Positions 1 through 6,584 of a DNA stretch of 6,584 nt are shown in pieces. The notes under the pieces are model-generated. The model ran no database searches. It had not been told where the DNA came from and saw nothing but the letters and a program-made list of their open reading frames with translations. Position 1 is the first letter of the stretch. Every line of letters begins with the position of its first letter. Source of the DNA: Paraspadella gotoi (Eukaryota; Animalia; Chaetognatha). Both the position numbers and the translations under genes were made by a program. The DNA is taken from NCBI GenBank assembly GCA_051294375.1, contig JBJCIZ010000550.1, forward strand, positions 1 to 6,584, read 5' to 3'.

Positions 1-96
1 ATTTTATCTTCGACTACTGTCATAAAAAACTTGCCAGAAGAAATATTTATATAATTTAATTTTATATTAAAAATTAATAACTATTTAAATAAATAA

Positions 97-1129
97 TTAA
101 TTTTTTTTAAGGATTGTACACGATCTTTTCGTGTTACAATTACTCTTTTCAGTCTTTTTTTCATGACTGCGTGGTTGAAGATATTTCCTTTTCGCCAATT
201 TGATATCTTCGTATTGAAGCGGATGGAGGAAAAAACTTGGTTGTAAAGAGCATTCTCAAGCAATTTGGCGGAAACCAATCTGCCTATCAGTGGATTGTAC
301 AGTCATTCATCGCATTCTGCGGCGGCAAGTCATGGTCTATATTTCAGAATTTCCCCCATTTGTAGCAGATTTGTTGTCTTCTCAGCCAAGGTTACAATTA
401 TCGGCCTTGTGTAAATGAAGATAAAGTTTTTGGAGAAAAATAAGAATGAACTCAGCCACTTCATGAATTTATCGGATGGCGTCTGCTTGAACTTTCTCTA
501 TTCTGTCTAGAGCAAACGGGATCCACACGAACAAGACATCTATTTCCGTCATGGCTTTTACCTCGACTCTGCCTTGATCCAATCGTTAAACATCTTCTTT
601 CTGATATCACAGAGTCACAGAGACCAACAGTATCTACTAACTGTGACTTTTTACGTTTCCTTGATCTTCTGTGTCGTTGAAAAACTCTGTGGAATGACGT
701 TTGAAACTCCCCTTGAGAAAAATGACATCTCTGTAACGGAATAAGCTGGTTGCTTGTGTATTTTTGCTGACCTCCTTGTTTGAAACAGAAGGTTTTATTA
801 TCTGAGATTTTCCAGAGCCAGTCGGGCCAAGGAAAACAAATGTTATGAGACTTTTTGTCACTTTTATCCAGATTTTTGCCACTATCTCTGAAAAATTAAT
901 AACCATTTTGCCACCGAATCCTTGTAAAGTGTTCCTTTATGCATGACACTTGGCTCTTCTACTAAGTTCTTCTCGGCATTGTTGGTTGATCAACTTAGCA
1001 GGCTTCGTCTATTCAAATATCTAGAAAAACCTATCTTCTGATGTTGTTTGTCTTTGCTGCGCCAACTGGAAATGAAACCCAGCAGGCCGTCGGTGAATAT
1101 AACGAGCGAGTTGTTCCGAATTTTCGAAG
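97..1129 (-). CDS. 3' coding exon of a P-loop GTPase gene (AIG1/GIMAP- or MMR_HSR1-like G domain) ending in a possible CaaX box; frameshifted as sequenced (sequencing error or pseudogene)
   Basis: Minus-strand motifs occur in canonical order but in different frames: G1 GPTGSGKS (828-805), AYSVT G2-like (SVT 740-732), LVDTVGLCDS G3 (DTVG 634-623), then NFIFIY adjacent to KAD G4-like (408-400). Downstream are PPSA and YEDIK segments (~230-200) and KRSCTIL (CTIL 120-109), with the in-frame TAA at 99-97. The 5' boundary is a clean acceptor (minus strand ctaat...ttttcttttcctag|CTTCG, AG at 1131-1130). Supplied ORFs 637..906 and 81..278 are pieces of this exon. Confidence 0.8.
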
Positions 1130-1413
1130 CTAGGAAAAGAAAAAATTAGTTGAATCCGCAATATAAGAATAAGATAATACGCTTTTTACATTGCTGCTCA
1201 TCTGAAACTAATTACAAACAATAGACCTTTTGCAAAATTTATGACAAGTCCAAAAGCTACAAAAAAATACTGCGTTAGTCGGCCATAAAAGTATTATGAT
1301 CTTTAAAGTTATTTTTATAATGAATATTTACAGTTTGAAACTTAATTTGTAAAATTCAATCTGAGAATGGTTTGAAGTAATCCTTTCTCTTTTTACGAAT
1401 ATAGCTAAGTAGT

Positions 1414-1786
1414 GATTAGATGATAATTGACAAAGTTTTCGTTTGCCAACAAATTTTATTTAAATTGAACAGACAAAAATGTTTTGACTTGCTTTACAAG
1501 CCTTCATCACCGTTTTTGACAGTTTGATTTAAAATTTGCTGCCCATAAGCGAGTCGAGGAGAGCCGAGAGAGAGAGAGAGTTAGGTGCTTAAAAGCTTTT
1601 AAAACAGTGGTGAGGGACAGAAAATGTGATCAGATGAGCAAGACAGCGGTTAATCGGTGACGGACAGATTTCAAATCAAACTGTCAAAATAGTGATGAAG
1701 GCTTGTTTAAACAAGTCGAAACATGTCTGTTCAATTTACAATAAAATTTGTTCAAACAGAAAACTTGTTGTTCAAATTCTCTAATC
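1414..1786. mobile_element. MITE-like non-autonomous DNA element with ~125-bp imperfect terminal inverted repeats
   Basis: Left arm ~1414-1540 (gattaga...aacaaattttatt-taaattgaacagac...caagccttcatcac...ttttgacagtttgattt) matches the reverse complement of ~1662-1786. The ~120-bp spacer contains a (GA)n tract. No coding capacity and no clear target-site duplication, so the superfamily is not assigned. Confidence 0.8.
1566..1580 (+). repeat. (GA)n microsatellite inside the MITE-like spacer
   Basis: gagagagagagagag read directly. Confidence 0.9.
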
Positions 1787-1894
1787 TGCAGAATGGAAAA
1801 AAAAGCTTCAGCAATCGGGGGATTACATATAATTCTATCAATTTGAAAAGTGATTTGTAGAATTAAATTTTTTTTTACAAAAAAATTTTATGAT

Positions 1895-2169
1895 AAAAAA
1901 AAGACAGGCCGGGTATGTTTTCAGTTATTGGCTTTTTAGACCTTAATCAGTGTGAAAACTTGTCCGCGGCAAAATAACTGCCCCTCAACAGCCAACGAAT
2001 GGGTCCTGGTGTGAAACCAAGCTTGAGAGTTTTCTAGACCCCTAAAAATGTCTATGGCCCGTCCTCACGCCATCCTGCAGGGTAAGCGTACCGCGGTGGG
2101 GATCAAACCACTACTTTAGTGGTCAATGGAACTGATGGTTTCTTCAACTCAATGAGCCACATTGGTGAC
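1895..2169 (-). mobile_element. tRNA-derived SINE (Pol III A and B boxes), ~275 bp
   Basis: The minus strand has an A-box-like GTGGCTCATTGAGTTG (2160-2145) and a B-box-like GGTTTGATCCCC (2109-2098; consensus GGTTCGANNCC) at tRNA-like spacing. A ~200-bp GC-richer non-tRNA body follows and ends at a T8 run (1902-1895). No complete cloverleaf can be folded. Confidence 0.7.
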
Positions 2170-2320
2170 AAACTTTGGTTCAAGTCTTATAGATTATGGA
2201 ATAATTTGAAATATGTTTGAATGAATTTATTTGTTAGCTGATGATTAAAATTAAGAGTATTTTTTTAACTTTTGCTAAAAGAGATTGAGTAAAATGAAAT
2301 AGATCGAACAAAAAACTTAC

Positions 2321-2710
2321 GTAACACGAGTGATGGACTATGTAGTTAAGGGTATCCGGGAAAGGCTCTTGATGTCACAAACAACTCTTTCTATCTTTCG
2401 CCTGAGAATTCGATGACCCATTCATTGATCAGTTCACAAAAAAATGTTGCAGTATTCAATAAGGGTAAGAGTTTGTGTGAAACTAAGCTTTCAAGATCAG
2501 AGTTTGTGTTTCGCACCCAAATATTGTCAACAAATTTAACATAATACATGTAGTTCTTCAACACATTTTTGCCCATTTCAAGACATGAGGCTCATCCACC
2601 CCCTAGTTTTTTTTTCCTCCTCAAATAGTAAGGAGGAGTGGCAAAAGTACGTGTACCCATATGGAAGGCACGTCCTGCATAAAACTTACTGAAAAGTATA
2701 AAATGACGGC
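2321..2710 (-). CDS. Upstream coding exon of the same gene, encoding a putative permuted papain-like (PPPDE/LRAT-like) domain and the start of a second related repeat; frameshifted as sequenced
   Basis: Frame-hopping translation gives VLCRTCLPYGYTYFCHSSLLFEEEKKTRGWMSL (His codon 2640-2638), then CLEMGKN, then a Y-x-L-L-N-x-C-N-x-F-C-E-like segment (2467-~2433, Cys codon 2451-2449), then KIERVVCDIKSLSRIPL...VHHSCY up to the GTAAGT donor. Contains supplied ORF 2391..2576. The 5' limit is uncertain: candidate acceptors lie at 2712-2711 and 2676-2675, and the start codon was not identified. Confidence 0.6.
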
Positions 2711-3003
2711 CTGTTAACGGAAAAAGTGCAAATGATTTATTTTAGACCTAATTTTTTTTTGCATTTGTAATGTTAAATTCTCTTGAAAATAATTTCAAAA
2801 TGTTTTTTTTTAATATTTCCAGTTTAGTATTTAATTGGTTTTGTCGAAGAATTCCGGACAAATGTGTTGTTCTTCTGGGAATTCGGTGCTATATTAGTCT
2901 GGCAACCTATAGGACAGGTTGGAATATCTTTACAAAACCTTAGGAATATTACCTTGGTACCAAAATAAGAGATTTGAGATAGAAAGATTTTTTGTTTACA
3001 AAG

Positions 3004-3055
3004 TCAAAAGGTTTGTAATAAAAATTGGGTTACTCCAATATGCAAATGAGATTAA
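3004..3055 (+). repeat. Dispersed repeat fragment; inverted copy of 6305-6356
   Basis: tcaaaaggtttgtaataaaaattgggttactccaatatgcaaatgagattaa matches the reverse complement of 6305-6356 at 46/52 positions without gaps (manual count). Confidence 0.85.
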
Positions 3056-3200
3056 CGTTTCACAATAATATTTTAATTTAATAAAAAATTATTAATCTTA
3101 TATAAGAATTTAAATAAATATTATGAAATCAAATTAAAATTTTAAATATTTATAGTTGGATTCAGCAGATTAGATAAAAAAATAATATTTAAGCAAATAA

Positions 3201-3528
3201 AAAAAAGAGAAGAAAAAAAGAAGTTTAGTATAAATAAGTATTTTTGGAAGTGGTAAAATCGCTATGGAGAGGAAAGGTAAAGTAAGGGGAAGGAGTCGAA
3301 AGGTTAAGGTGGGGGAGAGAAAAGGGAGAGGTTAAGGGAGAGGAGGAAGTACTTAAATAAGGAGAAGAGAGGTTTAAAGAGTACATATAAGAGTTATAAG
3401 TAAACTAATGGATCAAAAGTGGGGTTAATACATATAAGGAGGTGGTAAAGAGTGAGGGGGTGTCCGAAAAAGAGTACAAAAAAAGAAAAGAAAGAGAAGG
3501 GTAAGTAATAAAATAAAAGAAAAGAGTA
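3201..3528 (+). repeat. Purine-rich, C-depleted low-complexity tract
   Basis: About 11 C in ~330 nt on the + strand. Recurrent motifs are aggttaagg (x2), tacatataag (x2) and gagtac (x3). Confidence 0.8.
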
Positions 3529-4268
3529 CTATGTAAGCCTAAGAAGCTACATAAAAATACTATTGAAATGAAGGTTATTCTACTTAATCTTGAAAGATAG
3601 TGAGACAGTTGAATCGCAATGACAAAAAAGCCATTGAGACAGACAAAGAGATACGAGTATAATTTAGTTTTTTTATTTTGCTCACAACCATTTTGGTATT
3701 AATTTTATCAAGGATCTTTTCAATGCTTTCCCTCAGCCAGCACTCTCTCAGTCTTCAATTAACTTTAAGTAAGATTTTAAAGACTAAAAAAGAATTAAAT
3801 GGTTACTTTTGTCATTCTCTCCATCTTTGTCATATTATTATCTTTGTTTGTTTGCTTGCTTTTAAAAAAGATAACACAATTGAAAGAAAAGGAAAAAGAA
3901 CTTGCGGCTTTGCCTTACCTGCCAAAATATAATTAAAAATGTTGATTCCTTCTCATAAAATAAAAAAAATACTTTTACTAAGAGTTGATGGCCAACACAA
4001 AAAGGTGAGAAAAACTTTTTTCATCTTGTTGGCGTATTAAATTTTATTTTTCTACATCATTTGAGCTAATAAGATATGATGAGAGCGTAAAAAAAATTTA
4101 TATTTTTTGAAAAAATTAAATCTTGGAATTACTTAATAAAAAATGAGATATAATCTTTTCATTTGTTCATATGATGAGCTGGCGTTTTGTCAAATTCACA
4201 ACTTTTATTTGCTGTCTAACTATTATAAAGCCCTATATCCAGAGAATTATAGTTTGCCTCAATCTGTG

Positions 4269-4313
4269 TTTCTTTTCTCTTCTCTCTCCCTCTATCTCTC
4301 TTAGTCTCTCTCT
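4269..4313 (+). repeat. Degenerate (CT)n / pyrimidine tract
   Basis: tttcttttctcttctctctccctctatctctcttagtctctctct read directly. Confidence 0.8.
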
Positions 4314-4646
4314 ATATTTCTTATTACTTTCTAGAAAATACTTTTTATTTTTTGTAAGTATTTTTACCCCTGATGATAACTTAAAAAATAAGTCAAAATA
4401 TTTTGGCGCAAAAAATATCTTTTTGTATTTGTAAATCACAATTATGTTCAAAATTATATTGTTGGAATGAATAAACGAGATTGTGAAAGAGTCTTGATGT
4501 GAATCGCTTGTAAGGAACTGCCTCTGTTTTTATTATCTTGTACACTAGGCGGAGTGATGAAAAAGAGTTGAGCATGGAACAATGTTTTTGCTGCCTTTGT
4601 ATATGCAATAAAAAATAATTAAGCCCTTTTAAAAAAAAATTTGCAT

Positions 4647-4995
4647 AACAGTATCATTAATTGAATTTTTTTTTAGTTAGTAATATCCTTATAAAATCAT
4701 AAAAATTTTTAAATCATATTTTTTTTAATTTTAAGAATAGTTTTAGATTCGCCGGAAAAAAACTGACAAACTTTTGTTAAAATATTGTTAAATGATAGTT
4801 TTAGGTTACAGCTGAGAAATTTGATTTTGACGCTGTAGACATTAAAATTTTTAATAACATATTTTATATTTTGATTCTAACTTTTTTATGGAAGAATCAA
4901 AAATCTTTAATAAAATTAAAAAAAAAAATTATTTTGAAAAATTTATGATTTATAAGGATATTTATTATAAATATATTGTAACTAATGATACTGTT
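4647..4995. mobile_element. Near-fully palindromic foldback/MITE element with CAGT...ACTG termini (Tc1/mariner-like)
   Basis: Left arm 4647-~4812 (aacagtatcatta...aatatccttataaaatcataaa...gattc...tacagc) pairs with the reverse complement of ~4832-4995 (gctgta...gaatc...tttatgatttataaggatatt...taatgatactgtt) around a loop of ~19 nt. The expected TA target duplication is imperfect (taa left, tt right). Confidence 0.75.
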
Positions 4996-5385
4996 CCCCA
5001 AACAATATAAGCAAAAATATTTTTTGTACTTTTTAATCATATTATCTCACGTCTGTTCACTCAAATAAAATTTATGTTCCCCAGTTAGGGGGAGACTAAC
5101 TCTGTAAAGGTGGTTTAAGAAATTGAATTAAGCACCTGCTCAAACAAAAATTTAGACATTTTTAAAAAAATCTGAATAGACAAATTTTTTTATATTACTC
5201 CATTACTCTATATATTAATTTTTTAATATTTATTTATAAATAGGAAAGGCTAAAAAAATTTTTTGGATTTTTTTATTTTTAAGATCAGATTCAGGGTAGC
5301 TTGCAAAAAGTTGTCTACACAAAGTATAATTCTTTTTTCGATATTTTGATCATAAGTATGTAAAAAATATGAAAAACTATTTATA

Positions 5386-5402
5386 ATCATCATCATCATC
5401 AT
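5386..5402 (+). repeat. (ATC)5 microsatellite
   Basis: atcatcatcatcatcat read directly. Confidence 0.9.
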
Positions 5403-6304
5403 TTTCGATAATTTTATTACTTTTTCTTAATTTTGACCAATGAAAACATAAATATTTTTTTGAAAGTTGTAGTTAAATTTTTTATTTAACTATTTATGCC
5501 TCTATCAGAATCCATCAAAAAAAGTTAAGATTGATTTCAAAAAATTTTTATCATTATATAGTAATATTGTAATTTTAAAGCAAACAATAAAAGCATTAAA
5601 ATCGAACTTTTTTAATAAATTCTTTTTATTTACCTAAAAGCTAGACTTCAATGACTAAAGTTTTGAAACCCCCCGCCTCTATTGAAATTAATTTCATAGT
5701 GGATTTCTACCCCAGTGCTCCACTCTATTGTACACTATGGCGCCAAAAAAGCCACTTTTTCACATCGAAAAAAACCGTATTGATGGCTGAATTTTACAAA
5801 GATATAAAAACATAAAATAAAGATTATTAAATGATGAAGCGATTGGTCTAAGTCCCAATAAAATCAAGCAAAGCGTTTGAAAGTTATAGGATGACAAAGT
5901 CGATTGGTACAAAAATTAGTTTTCGTCAAAAAGAGTCAATGACTTTTCCTTTTAAAAATGTTTATAATATGAAATTGGCTAAACATAGAATAAAATATCA
6001 TAGAATAGTATATAATATCTCTAGGTATAGGTTTCAACTATTTTTAACCTAAATCAAATTAACATAAATAAAGATTAAAGAAAATGAATAAAAAAAAAGA
6101 AGTAATACAAATTTGTAAAAATCCGATAGCCATATTAATATTATTAGATAAATTAGCTTTTTAAAATATTTTTATTATACAGAATTCATATAAACAACTA
6201 TCAAAACAAATTAAAACATATTTGTTAATTGTTTTTTTAAAAATTAGTTTTTATTAAATTGTTTATGCTTTTTTTGGGATTATATTCAACCTTATGATGA
6301 CTCA

Positions 6305-6356
6305 TTAATCTCATTGGCATATTCGAGTCACTCAATTTTTATTACTAACTTTTTGA
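6305..6356 (-). repeat. Dispersed repeat fragment; inverted copy of 3004-3055, adjacent to a possible DNA-transposon terminus (~6363-6381)
   Basis: 46/52 ungapped identity to 3004-3055 in the opposite orientation. It is followed by ttgacccaccggctgtgta, which loosely resembles a Tc1/mariner-type end. Confidence 0.8.
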
Positions 6357-6434
6357 GCATACTTGACCCACCGGCTGTGTATCTAATTTCCATTAAATAT
6401 GGTTCTGCTCATATTTTGAAAGTTTTTTGAAAAT

Positions 6435-6450
6435 CTGAATCTAGATTCAG
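6435..6450. repeat. Perfect 16-bp palindrome CTGAATCTAGATTCAG
   Basis: The sequence equals its own reverse complement. Confidence 0.9.
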
Positions 6451-6584
6451 GCACTAGCTATATGACTAAATTGAGAAAAAAAATTTAAAAAAAATAGAAT
6501 TAAAATTGTAATAAAAGAAAGTAATTAATTACAACTGCATAGTGCATACTTGATTACTTTTACCACACAATATTATATTAATTA

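Larger units (their letters stand above)
1130..2320 (-). other. Spliceosomal GT-AG intron (~1.19 kb)
   Basis: Donor GTAAGT on the minus strand (acttac at 2315-2320). Branch-like CTAAT (attag at 1145-1149), a pyrimidine tract and AG at 1131-1130. Coding-like, higher-GC sequence stops abruptly at both boundaries, and the interior is AT-rich and repeat-filled. Confidence 0.75.

Noticed and set aside
81-278. 65-aa ORF as an independent gene
   Set aside because: It starts at a non-ATG codon and is a frameshifted mosaic of the GTPase C-terminus running into AT-rich 3' sequence.
637-906. Stand-alone 89-aa ORF as a viral SF3 helicase or Polinton packaging ATPase (Walker A GPTGSGKS)
   Set aside because: Downstream DxxG and xKxD motifs indicate a GTPase, and no viral or Polinton genes are nearby. 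The ORF is a fragment of a larger exon.
607-1128. Alternative genetic code (TAA/TAG = Gln), suggested by in-frame TAG at 1023-1021 and 1011-1009, TAA at 939-937 and TAG at 639-637 in the G1 frame
   Set aside because: Read-through still hits TGA at 609-607 and leaves G2 (SVT) and G3 (DTVG) out of frame. Frameshifts explain the motifs and codon reassignment does not.
2090-2169. Functional tRNA gene
   Set aside because: A and B boxes are present, but no convincing acceptor or anticodon stems form and the sequence continues into a SINE-like body.
2899-2909. CTGGCAACCTA as a hAT (Blackjack-like) terminus or RFX half-site
   Set aside because: It is a single short match with no partner inverted end or target duplication in the window.
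3618-3816. Short inverted match aatgacaaaaaagccat / atggttacttttgtcatt as MITE ends
   Set aside because: Only ~17 bp and imperfect in AT-rich DNA, with no convincing extension.
3678-4608. ORFs 3678..3932(+), 4171..4434(+), 4233..4451(-) and 4393..4608(-)
   Set aside because: They are short, overlap on both strands, have composition driven by A/T and CT runs (L/S/F/K-rich), and show no recognisable motif or splice context.
5731-5750. TACACTATGGCGCCAAAA as a Tc1-like left terminus
   Set aside because: No adequate inverted partner is present; only 5-7 bp matches occur near 6377-6381 and 6538-6544.

Overview
AT-rich eukaryotic (probably invertebrate) genomic DNA. No bacterial-type operon, CRISPR array, rRNA or intact tRNA gene is visible. 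The left 2.7 kb holds one minus-strand, intron-containing gene: exon ~2710/2674-2321, GT-AG intron 2320-1130, exon 1129-~97. The supplied ORF track shows only fragments of it because the frame is broken by many 1-2 nt indels. Reading across frames by hand gives an N-terminal region with two His-containing repeats, the first ending in a Y-x-L-L-x-[N]-C-[NQ]-x-F-like motif reminiscent of permuted NlpC/P60 papain-like enzymes (PPPDE/LRAT). This is followed by a P-loop GTPase of the AIG1/GIMAP- or MMR_HSR1-like type (G1 GPTGSGKS, G2 SVT, G3 DTVG, G4 xKAD) and a terminal SCTIL that looks like a CaaX prenylation box. The indel-dominated damage suggests unpolished long-read error more than pseudogene decay, but this is unresolved. 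The intron carries a ~370-bp inverted-repeat (MITE-like) element and a tRNA-derived SINE. The right 3.9 kb is non-coding and contains a purine-skewed tract, a ~350-bp foldback element, a 52-bp inverted repeat pair 3.3 kb apart and microsatellites. All protein reconstructions and alignments were done by eye and need confirmation.
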